Shown here: in pieces, positions 1-6,783 of the stretch
Layout: every line of letters starts with the position of its first letter
Numbering within the stretch: position 1 is the first letter of the stretch
NCBI GenBank assembly: GCA_040235515.1
Contig: JBECKX010000028.1
Location: 1 to 13,027 of the forward strand
Reading direction: 5' to 3'
Source of the DNA: Candidatus Zixiibacteriota bacterium
GTDB taxonomy: Bacteria; Zixibacteria; MSB-5A5; CAIYYT01
DNA: 13,027 nt
Translations under genes and position numbers: made by a program
Notes under the pieces: model-generated
Seen by the model: only the letters and a program-made list of their open reading frames with translations
Database searches by the model: none
Told to the model about the DNA's origin: nothing

Positions 1-195
1 GAGTTGCAGTCCGGTCAACTCCCCCATGCGCATATCGAAGCAACCGATCTCGAACGACTTGCTCTCGAGGAGCTTCAATGCCTCCTCGGCTGACCTGGCG
101 GTGGAGACATCAAAGTCGTGCTTGCGCAGGAAACCTGCGAGCATATCGCGCTGGTTGGCTTCGTCATCGACGATGAGAATTCGCAGTTTCATCAT
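1..195 (-). CDS. Response regulator receiver domain (N-terminal part, runs off the window; possibly NtrC-family)
   Basis: Not in the ORF track; manual translation from ATG 195 gives MMKLRILIVDDEANQRDMLAGFLRKHDFDVSTARSAEEALKLLESKSFEIGCFDMRMGELTGLQL, with the ILIVDDE acidic pocket and phosphoacceptor Asp (FDMRM). Alternative start at 192. Confidence 0.92.
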   Translation of the reverse strand, partial: MMKLRILIVDDEANQRDMLAGFLRKHDFDVSTARSAEEALKLLESKSFEIGCFDMRMGELTGLQL

Positions 196-203
196 ACGCC
201 TCG

Positions 204-232
204 ATGGTAGGGTTCTGCTCTGCAAAAGGCAA
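204..232 (-). promoter_or_regulatory. Putative sigma70 promoter for the response regulator
   Basis: Minus strand TTGCCT (232-227), 17 bp, TACCAT (209-204); the -10 ends 8 nt before ATG 195. Confidence 0.55.
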
Positions 233-253
233 CAGGATTCGATTACGGCGCGG

Positions 254-532
254 CTAATCGTGTAGCCCTGAAAGGTTGTGTGCGACAGGCCCCTTTCGAC
301 CGTCAGAGGAAGTGCGCACCCTGGCGATTTCGGCGAGCAACTCGCTTTGTTCAGTGAGCAACTGATCCTCGGTGTCCCAGAGGCGTGTCAGGATCGGGAT
401 GCCAATCCTGAATACGCGTCGGATGATGCTGGAGAGGGTCAGGTCTCGGCGCTGCGCCAGGGTTTCGAGCGCGGACTTGATTTCATAGCTGACGTACAGA
501 TTGACGACATGCTCACGTTTACTTCTCGTCAT
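254..532 (-). CDS. Ribbon-helix-helix (CopG/Arc/MetJ-like) DNA-binding protein, 92 aa
   Basis: N-terminal alternating strand HVVNLYVS, helix EIKSALETLAQRR, turn, helix LSSIIRRVF. GAGG SD before the ATG; 14-bp overlap with the upstream gene. Confidence 0.7.
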   Translation of the reverse strand: MTRSKREHVVNLYVSYEIKSALETLAQRRDLTLSSIIRRVFRIGIPILTRLWDTEDQLLTEQSELLAEIARVRTSSDGRKGPVAHNLSGLHD

Positions 533-1043
533 GATTTCCTCGAGTTTCAGGTTGTGTCCGGTGGTACTCCATGTGACTGATGATGGTTTTGGGTGATAGC
601 AGTTTCAAGCGGTGATGCTGCCTGATCCTCCGAAACAAGCGGGAATATGGTTCCTCGGGCAGCCTTTTGGCGATCAGGCGTTCGATCGCTTCGCGCTGCG
701 GGTGAGCGCAGATTGCGCAGGAGCGAGTTGGTGGCAAGACGCCGAATTCGGCGCGCACCCAATCGGCAAGTTGGTGCTTGAGGCGTCGCTTCGCCCGTTG
801 CAGGAGGAGAGTAATCCGGGTTGCGGTGGTGCCGAGCTTCGCAGCGATCTGTTCGATTGAGAAACCTTCGAAGTAGTAAAGCTGGATGGTTTCCCGTTCG
901 CGCCCAGGGAGGCGTGCAAGCACAGACCTGACCTTGCGCTGAATCTCCTCAACTCGTTGATGTTCGGTCCGGCTGGAAGGATGCTGAGCCCAGGCTGGCA
1001 GGATATCGGTCAGATAGATCCAATTGTGAAATTCGATAGACAT
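519..1043 (-). CDS. Sigma-70 region 4 (ECF-type HTH) protein with C-terminal CxxC...HxxxH domain, 174 aa; no region 2
   Basis: LARLPGRERETIQLYYFEGFSIEQIAAKLG...LLQRAKRRLK is a canonical sigma r4 pattern, followed by CAICAHP and HMEYH. Start reassigned to ATG 1043 because of the AAGGAG SD at 1060-1055; the ORF-track extension to 1160 looks non-coding. Confidence 0.8.
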   Translation of the reverse strand: MSIEFHNWIYLTDILPAWAQHPSSRTEHQRVEEIQRKVRSVLARLPGRERETIQLYYFEGFSIEQIAAKLGTTATRITLLLQRAKRRLKHQLADWVRAEFGVLPPTRSCAICAHPQREAIERLIAKRLPEEPYSRLFRRIRQHHRLKLLSPKTIISHMEYHRTQPETRGNHDEK

Positions 1044-1049
1044 GATTTG

Positions 1050-1090
1050 GCGTACTCCTTTCGAGGGACAATTTGTCCGCGGAGTGGCGC
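1050..1090 (-). promoter_or_regulatory. Nested inverted repeat in the leader of the sigma4 gene (operator and/or SD-occluding hairpin)
   Basis: Perfect GGACAA-T-TTGTCC at 1066-1078, flanked by ACTCC (1054-1058) and GGAGT (1081-1085), which include the SD. Confidence 0.45.
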
Positions 1091-1148
1091 CCGGTAAATC
1101 ATGTGAATGTCGCAGCCGGGATCGCATAGTCATCGGGCGATGAATCTT

Positions 1149-1177
1149 TTGCGGGAGCATCTGAATTGGAGTAAGTT
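1149..1177 (+). promoter_or_regulatory. Putative sigma70 promoter for the CPBP protease
   Basis: TTGCGG (1149-1154), 17 bp, TAAGTT (1172-1177); ATG 1185 follows after 7 nt. Confidence 0.45.
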
Positions 1178-1184
1178 GGAAGAA

Positions 1185-1931
1185 ATGGAAGAGCTAAACC
1201 TGGAAGAGCCGCAACCGAGCGTTTCCGAAACGCCCCCGACGGTACCGCCGCCGAGGTCACAGTTGAATCTGATCAGCTATCTGCTGATCGGATTACTGGC
1301 GGTTATCTGGCCTTTGGCTTCGTTTTACTTCCTTGATGACCAGACGCGGATGGCGGAGGAGATCACTTCGCCGCTGCTGGAGGTCTACCTTCCGACAATC
1401 GTGCTGCAACTGGCGGTATTGCTGGTAGTATTGATCGCGCTGAGATCAGAGCCTGCCAGTTTGCGATCGATCGGGTTCGCCAACTACGACCGCTGGAGTT
1501 TTCCGATCGCAGTGCTGTTCTTTGTGGTGGCGAATATCGTGATGTGGATTCTACAGGTGTTGTTGCTGTCGCATGATCCGACCACGTTTGCCAATATTAC
1601 CTCGATTTTGCCTGATTCTGCGCTCGACAAAGGGGTGTGGGTACTTCTGTGTGCGGTGGTGGCGGTCTCGGAGGAGGTGACGTTTCGCGGATACCTGCTG
1701 ACACGGATCTCGTCACTGGCCGGTGGACGCCTCTGGGCTGGAGTGATCATCTCCACGCTGGCATTCGCGAGCGGGCATTTGTACCAGGGGATAGGCGGGT
1801 TCATCGTGATATTCGTGTACGGAATGATGTTCGCCGCGCTTTACCTCGGAACGCGCAGCCTCTGGCCCGGGTTAATCGCACATTTTTTGCAGGATGTGAT
1901 CATCATCTTTCTGCCGGCTACATTACGTTAG
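1185..1931 (+). CDS. CPBP family intramembrane glutamic endopeptidase (CAAX protease / Abi)
   Basis: Multiple TM helices with EEVTFRG, FASGH and AHFLQD motifs. Start uncertain (1107, 1140 or 1185); 1185 preferred. Confidence 0.92.
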   Translation: MEELNLEEPQPSVSETPPTVPPPRSQLNLISYLLIGLLAVIWPLASFYFLDDQTRMAEEITSPLLEVYLPTIVLQLAVLLVVLIALRSEPASLRSIGFANYDRWSFPIAVLFFVVANIVMWILQVLLLSHDPTTFANITSILPDSALDKGVWVLLCAVVAVSEEVTFRGYLLTRISSLAGGRLWAGVIISTLAFASGHLYQGIGGFIVIFVYGMMFAALYLGTRSLWPGLIAHFLQDVIIIFLPATLR

Positions 1932-2800
1932 TCGCGCGATTCCTGTTTTCGGTTCGGGATGAGCAATTCGTTGTGGATACCCAGCAAGTTGTAATAGAGG
2001 ATGACTGTCGGTAGCAGCGAGAGCAAGCCGATGATTCCCACGAAGACGTCAACCGCAAGCTCGATGGCGATGCCGGGCTGAAACAACTCGGTGAAAAACT
2101 TGAGCGGGACGGCGATGGGCAGCAAGATCAGGGCGACGACGAGGTGAACCATAAAGACGCGCCACCAGTTACCGCGCACGAGTGAGATACTGTGGACGAG
2201 GGCGCCAAGAACGCCTCGATCACCCAGCGTGATACTGTGCAGGAAGAGTGAGAGGTAGTTGGCGGCGGCGATGACGGGGATGAGCAGGATAAAGAAGATC
2301 AGAATGCCGGCGGCGGTGCCGGCGATAGAGGTGACGGCCAGCGGTGGGAAGAGCGCGAGCATCATCAATCCGAGTATGCCGAAGACAGCCAGGGCGGCGA
2401 TCGGAAACTTGACGATGGAGTGCTTGAAGGTTTCGTGGAGCGGTTTGGGAGCTCCCATAACTACGTAGCGCGATGCGGTGAGCAGGTTCACGCTGATAAA
2501 TAATCCGATGAATCCGAAGAAGAGTGCAGTGGGGAAGAACTGTGAGGCCGCTTCCGGAGCGGTGACGACATCGGTTTGCCTGGGCAGGATCAGCAACGAG
2601 ACGATAATCAACGGTATCTGGAGGGAGACGAAGATGAAGGCGAGATCGCGCCATCCCTCTTTGAGCAGTTGCACGCTATCGCGCAGGATTTGCAGGATAT
2701 CGAAGTCCCGGCTGAGGAAACTGCGGTAGCGGTCGCGCACGAGAGTCAGATGCGACTCAACGTCGTTCGGCGACTCACGATTCAGATTGTTCAAGCTCAT
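1928..2800 (-). CDS. Polytopic membrane protein of unknown function (GDPD membrane-domain / YciC-like pattern)
   Basis: About 6 hydrophobic helices and the motif GVLGALVHSISLVRGNWWRVF typical of this loose family. Start uncertain. Confidence 0.7.
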   Translation of the reverse strand: MSLNNLNRESPNDVESHLTLVRDRYRSFLSRDFDILQILRDSVQLLKEGWRDLAFIFVSLQIPLIIVSLLILPRQTDVVTAPEAASQFFPTALFFGFIGLFISVNLLTASRYVVMGAPKPLHETFKHSIVKFPIAALAVFGILGLMMLALFPPLAVTSIAGTAAGILIFFILLIPVIAAANYLSLFLHSITLGDRGVLGALVHSISLVRGNWWRVFMVHLVVALILLPIAVPLKFFTELFQPGIAIELAVDVFVGIIGLLSLLPTVILYYNLLGIHNELLIPNRKQESRD

Positions 2801-3149
2801 CGAGCAAATCTACCGCGCGGCGGAGGTGTGGAATGACGATCGAGCCTCCGACGACGAGCGCGACATTAAAGATTTCGAAGAATTGCTCACGGCTGACTCC
2901 GCGTTCTTTGCACTGGATCACGTGATAGGCGATGCAATCATCGCAGCGGAGCACCATCGAAGCGACCAGCCCAAGCATCTCCTTGGTGCCGGAGTCGAGC
3001 GCACCTTCATCATAGGCGCGGGTATCGAGCGCAAAGAAGCGGTTGATCTGTTGATTCTGCTGGGCCAGGATCCGCTCGTTCATCCGCTCCCGAAACCTGC
3101 GGAACTCCTCGAGTCGGCCCGGCTGCTTGTCTTTCTGGTTATCACTCAT
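2775..3149 (-). CDS. Carboxymuconolactone decarboxylase / AhpD-like protein
   Basis: GALDSGTKEMLGLVASMVLRCDDCIAYH is the AhpD core with CxxC and His. Confidence 0.92.
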   Translation of the reverse strand: MSDNQKDKQPGRLEEFRRFRERMNERILAQQNQQINRFFALDTRAYDEGALDSGTKEMLGLVASMVLRCDDCIAYHVIQCKERGVSREQFFEIFNVALVVGGSIVIPHLRRAVDLLDELEQSES

Positions 3150-3195
3150 AGTTTGTTGCGTGCGCTTTCAGTGTTTCCCCTGACCGGGAACTGCG

Positions 3196-3224
3196 AATAT
3201 AGTCACTCTCGATACCGGAATCAA
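3196..3224 (-). promoter_or_regulatory. Putative sigma70 promoter for the AhpD-like gene
   Basis: TTGATT (3224-3219), 17 bp, TATATT (3201-3196). Confidence 0.6.
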
Positions 3225-3255
3225 TCTTTAACGGAGAAGCATCCGGTAGGAAGCA

Positions 3256-4710
3256 TCAATTTGCGCCCGGGGCGGGACCTCCGCCGAAGATGTAGTTAAT
3301 CAGGTATACGGCATCCCCGATCGAGACGGCCGGGTTGTTGTCGATGTTGACTGCCGTAGCCCAGACGACGGGATATGGCCCTCCGCCGAAGATGTAGTTT
3401 ATGAGGTAGACGGCATCCCCTATCGAGATGGCACCGCTGTTGTCGACGTCGCCGTTCAGGTAGGGAGTCGGCGTGAGGACGATCGAGAGCGTCGAATCGC
3501 CGAAAATCGGGACGATTTCGGAATAGGTGTTGTAGTAGGGTCGCTGGACCATGACCTGGTATCTTCCGGCCGGGAGTCCGGTGACACTGTGCGGTGTGGC
3601 GGTGACGCTGTCGGCTGCGCCGGCGAAGGGGATCACAATTTGATAGTCGGCGAAGGGGTGTCCATCACTGCAAGCGAGTTGAAACTCGATGTCAAAGAAG
3701 TTTGCGGTCGTGACCTGCATGCTGTCGTAGACGATATTTCCGACCCTGTCGGCCGACCAGGCTTTGATCCAGTAGGTGTCGTTTGGAACCGAACCGGTCG
3801 CCCAATGTCCCGCTGCGTCGGCGGGGGTGATCAGCGGGTCGCCATCGTGGTTGGTGAGGATTTCAAAGAAAATGCGCTGGTTGTAGTCCCCTACCGACTT
3901 GCAGGGTGCGGTGTCTTTGAAGATGGTGTGATGTACCTGCGTCCAGAGGAGGTCACCGGTGAAAGTGAATGATGTATATGGACCGAGAGATACCGAATCT
4001 GAGTAGATTTCATAGCCCATCGTGTATGGCGCTACTCGCCAGGTCGGATGGCCGATCAGGTCATCGGACTTAGCGATAATATCAACATCACCGTCGAGCG
4101 GCAGACCCGGCACGAAGTAACTGGCGGTGTTGTCGCGGCAGAACCAGAAGGGTGTTCCGGAGCTGATATCGAGCAGTCGAGGTGAGTTGGCATCGACGGC
4201 GTTGACGAGCGAGTCGAGTGGATTGGCAACGAAGAGCCAGTCATCGGTCCAGGTAGTCCCCGCTCCCCTGATTTTGACGAAGTGAAGGTGGTGAAAGCCG
4301 GCGACCGGCCAGGCGACGATGTTTCCGAGGTATTGTCCGCTGTCGACAAACTCCCCTTCGGAGACAGCGATTGATGCCTGCACCAGATGGGCGTAGAGCC
4401 AGCCGTCGCAACTGTCGGGCGTCGGGGAGTCACCGATCGCGACGCGCCAGTGCAGTTCCGCATCGGTAGTAAGGACAGCTTTGACCCAACCGGCTGCGAC
4501 TGAATAGACGGCGGTCCCGGCAGGTGCGAGGATATCGATTCCGGGATGGAGGTATGGGGCGTCACCGTAGTCCTGGTATTCGCCGTAGCTATTGCCAAGG
4601 GCATGAGCGCTGTCGAATGGTACCATCGGCCACGGTATTCCTCCCAGCGCTGGTGGCGCCAGAACGGCGAGCGTCAAGAGCAGCGATGCTGCGAACATGA
4701 TTGCGCGCAT
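3256..4710 (-). CDS. Secreted M23-family metallopeptidase with beta-sandwich domains and a C-terminal type I dockerin-like domain
   Basis: Signal peptide; HPGID (HxxxD), YAHL and HLH (HxH) M23 motifs; GLPAGRYQV carboxypeptidase-regulatory-like segment; duplicated SIGDAVYLINYIFGGGP; GGAGG SD at 4725-4721. Confidence 0.88.
   Translation of the reverse strand: MRAIMFAASLLLTLAVLAPPALGGIPWPMVPFDSAHALGNSYGEYQDYGDAPYLHPGIDILAPAGTAVYSVAAGWVKAVLTTDAELHWRVAIGDSPTPDSCDGWLYAHLVQASIAVSEGEFVDSGQYLGNIVAWPVAGFHHLHFVKIRGAGTTWTDDWLFVANPLDSLVNAVDANSPRLLDISSGTPFWFCRDNTASYFVPGLPLDGDVDIIAKSDDLIGHPTWRVAPYTMGYEIYSDSVSLGPYTSFTFTGDLLWTQVHHTIFKDTAPCKSVGDYNQRIFFEILTNHDGDPLITPADAAGHWATGSVPNDTYWIKAWSADRVGNIVYDSMQVTTANFFDIEFQLACSDGHPFADYQIVIPFAGAADSVTATPHSVTGLPAGRYQVMVQRPYYNTYSEIVPIFGDSTLSIVLTPTPYLNGDVDNSGAISIGDAVYLINYIFGGGPYPVVWATAVNIDNNPAVSIGDAVYLINYIFGGGPAPGAN
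3278..3432. repeat. Direct repeat (two ~53-bp copies, 102-bp period) encoding the two dockerin halves
   Basis: cctccgccgaagatgtagtt.at.aggta.acggcatcccc.atcgaga.ggc at 3278-3330 and 3380-3432; differences are mostly synonymous. Confidence 0.9.
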
Positions 4711-4766
4711 GGGGGAACATCCTCCAATGATGGTGGGAGTCGTTGTTGAGATACAATATTACTACC

Positions 4767-4794
4767 AATATAGTTCGGAACTTCGGCTTGCCAA
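4767..4794 (-). promoter_or_regulatory. Putative sigma70 promoter for the M23-dockerin gene
   Basis: TTGGCA (4794-4789), 16 bp, TATATT (4772-4767) in an AT-rich intergenic region. Confidence 0.55.
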
Positions 4795-4823
4795 GTCCAA
4801 TTGAGAATGACGAATTTTGCGGC

Positions 4824-6203
4824 TTACTTGTTTAGTTCCGGGGCTTGATAGCGGCGTCGATTTGGAACACGCAGGAAGACAATGAAGCCAACCACAAGCG
4901 CAATCATCTGCGCTCCGAGCGCCAGCCGGTAGTGAATCGTGGCGGCGAGAGTTTCGGTGACGTTGCCGCCCAGCGCCTCGATGACTGCGAGGGCGGCGCG
5001 GCCGAGCGGCCAGTCCGCTTTGCCGACGAGGGCTACGAGCCCCCACAGCAGTGGGCCGATGACTGCGGCGGCTTTGCCGGAGAAGGCGTAGAGGCCGTAG
5101 AACTGCCCCATTTTTTCTTCCGGTACGAGGGTGTTGAGGAGCGGGCGGGTTGTGGTCCAGACTGCGCCGAGGAATACGCCGAGGCAGGCGCCGATGATGT
5201 AGAACGAGTTCTTGTCGGTGAAGAGCACGCCGGCCGTCAGTACACCGATCCAGCCGAGGATGGCGATCTGGAGGGCGGGTTTGGCGCGGATGCGGTCGAC
5301 GATCCAGCCGAAGAGGATCGAGCCCGGTACCGCGACACCTGTGCTGAAGAGAAACAGCTTCACTTTTTCCGCATCCTGGAAACCGACAACCGCTTCGGCA
5401 TACACAGCCATAAAGACTATGACCGTATTGACGGCATCCTTGATCAACAGGTCGCCGATGAAGTAGCGCAGGACTCCGGGGTATGCACGCAGGTCCTTGA
5501 GCGTTTGTTTCCAGCGAACCGCGAAGTTCTCCTGAATCGCTTTTTCCGAGCGGCCGTGGCTACGCTCCTTCACCCAGGCGAAGGTTGGCAGTGCGAAGAT
5601 CAGGAAAAGAATCGCTGTGGGAAGATAGGCGTACACCCGTTCGGAGACACCGGGCACGAGATCGAGCCTGGTGAAGGGTTGCACCATCAGGAGTCCGAGG
5701 ATCGCGCCGGCATAGCCGAGCCCGACGCCGATTCCAGATACTTTTCCCACGGTATCTGGTGTGGAAACGTCGGCGAGGAGTGCATTGTAAAACGGCATCC
5801 CCCCTTCATAGAAGTAGTTGGCAACGGCGAAACAGAGCAGCGCAAGCACAACGGTCACAACGAGTCCAAAGCCGAGGAAGGCAACCAGGGAGAGGAGTGC
5901 GGTGAAGGCCACACACATCAAGGTGAACACTCTCAGGCCGCGCAGTTTGCCGCCGGTGTTGTCCGCCAGTCGTCCCAGGGAAGGCAGGGTCAGCGCGACA
6001 GCGAGCATCGATGCCGAGTAGGCGATGGAGAAGAAGATATCCTCCACGCCGAGGTCATTGATTATCCAGGGTGAAAAGAAGAAGGTGACGATGTTCATGG
6101 AGAAGATCGTGTTGGCGAAGTCATACATCACCCACCCGATCTTAGCCTTCAAACCACCCCCGGCGCCCTGCTCAGCGGTCGACGGCTTGAGATTCTGATT
6201 CAA
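4824..6203 (-). CDS. MFS transporter (UMF1/ATG22-like)
   Basis: About 12 TM helices, WVMYDFAN N-terminal motif, GRLADNTG and GWIVDRIRAK loop motifs. TTG start with AAGGA SD. Confidence 0.9.
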   Translation of the reverse strand: MNQNLKPSTAEQGAGGGLKAKIGWVMYDFANTIFSMNIVTFFFSPWIINDLGVEDIFFSIAYSASMLAVALTLPSLGRLADNTGGKLRGLRVFTLMCVAFTALLSLVAFLGFGLVVTVVLALLCFAVANYFYEGGMPFYNALLADVSTPDTVGKVSGIGVGLGYAGAILGLLMVQPFTRLDLVPGVSERVYAYLPTAILFLIFALPTFAWVKERSHGRSEKAIQENFAVRWKQTLKDLRAYPGVLRYFIGDLLIKDAVNTVIVFMAVYAEAVVGFQDAEKVKLFLFSTGVAVPGSILFGWIVDRIRAKPALQIAILGWIGVLTAGVLFTDKNSFYIIGACLGVFLGAVWTTTRPLLNTLVPEEKMGQFYGLYAFSGKAAAVIGPLLWGLVALVGKADWPLGRAALAVIEALGGNVTETLAATIHYRLALGAQMIALVVGFIVFLRVPNRRRYQAPELNK

Positions 6204-6214
6204 GAGGAAGTCCT

Positions 6215-6763
6215 TTAGAAGCCAAGTTCGTCGGAGATGCGGCGCATCCCCTGCAGTGCGAGGTCGAGGAAATCACCCAGTTCGAGCCCCAGCTCCGAAC
6301 ATTTGGCGATCGCATCACGACGTGCGCCGGCAGCGAAGCGTTTGTCCTTGAAGCGCTTTTTCACTGACTTGACCTGCAATTCGGAGAGTTTCTTCGAGGG
6401 ATGCATCAGGACGGCGGCGGCGATCAACCCGGTAGTCGGGTCGGTGGCATACAATGCCCAGTCCATCCTGCTGCTGCACTCGGCGTGATCAGCGTGGCAA
6501 TGGATGGCATGGATCATATCTGAATCGATTTCAGGGTAGTCTTTGAGCCATTCGGCGGTCAGATGGGTATGGCGGTCGGGATCATCCGTCGTCTCGGCGT
6601 AGTCGAGGTCATGAAGCAGGCCAACGATACCCCAGCGCTCCGGATCCTCACCAAAGTGTTCGGCGAGGCGGCGCATCACGGCTTCGACAGAGATGATATG
6701 CTTGACGAGATTCTCCTGCGGTACCTTTTCGCGGACCAGTTGTAAAGCCGTATCTCTATCCAT
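6215..6763 (-). CDS. HD-superfamily (HDIG-type) metal-dependent phosphohydrolase
   Basis: KH...GLLHDLDY...H...H...D metal ligands and the VKSVKKRFKDKRFAAG tail. Start 6763 or 6775 rather than 6817, which overlaps the upstream gene. Confidence 0.9.
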   Translation of the reverse strand: MDRDTALQLVREKVPQENLVKHIISVEAVMRRLAEHFGEDPERWGIVGLLHDLDYAETTDDPDRHTHLTAEWLKDYPEIDSDMIHAIHCHADHAECSSRMDWALYATDPTTGLIAAAVLMHPSKKLSELQVKSVKKRFKDKRFAAGARRDAIAKCSELGLELGDFLDLALQGMRRISDELGF

Positions 6764-6783
6764 TGGTGCCTGCATCCCGTGGA

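Noticed and set aside
22..36. DMRMG instead of DxxMP in the receiver domain
   Set aside because: The acidic pocket and phosphoacceptor Asp are intact; substitution at this Pro is tolerated in many receivers.
254..1043. Type II toxin-antitoxin reading of the RHH pair
   Set aside because: Neither neighbour resembles a toxin fold (RelE, PIN, GNAT, MazF).
1044..1160. N-terminal extension of the sigma4 ORF as a remnant region 2
   Set aside because: No region 2 features, it runs into the divergent promoter, and a strong SD marks ATG 1043.
1185..1931. CPBP/Abi gene as phage defence or bacteriocin immunity
   Set aside because: No defence, bacteriocin or RiPP genes nearby; the family name alone does not imply that role.
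3278..3432. Direct repeat as a CRISPR array or DGR template/variable repeat
   Set aside because: Only two in-frame copies with mostly synonymous differences; no cas or reverse transcriptase gene; explained by the dockerin duplication.
196..4823. Rho-independent terminators in the intergenic gaps
   Set aside because: No convincing hairpin followed by a U-tract on the relevant strand.
4845..6074. 409-aa plus-strand ORF antisense to the MFS gene
   Set aside because: Codon-registered shadow of a GC-rich hydrophobic gene; no motifs or initiation signals.
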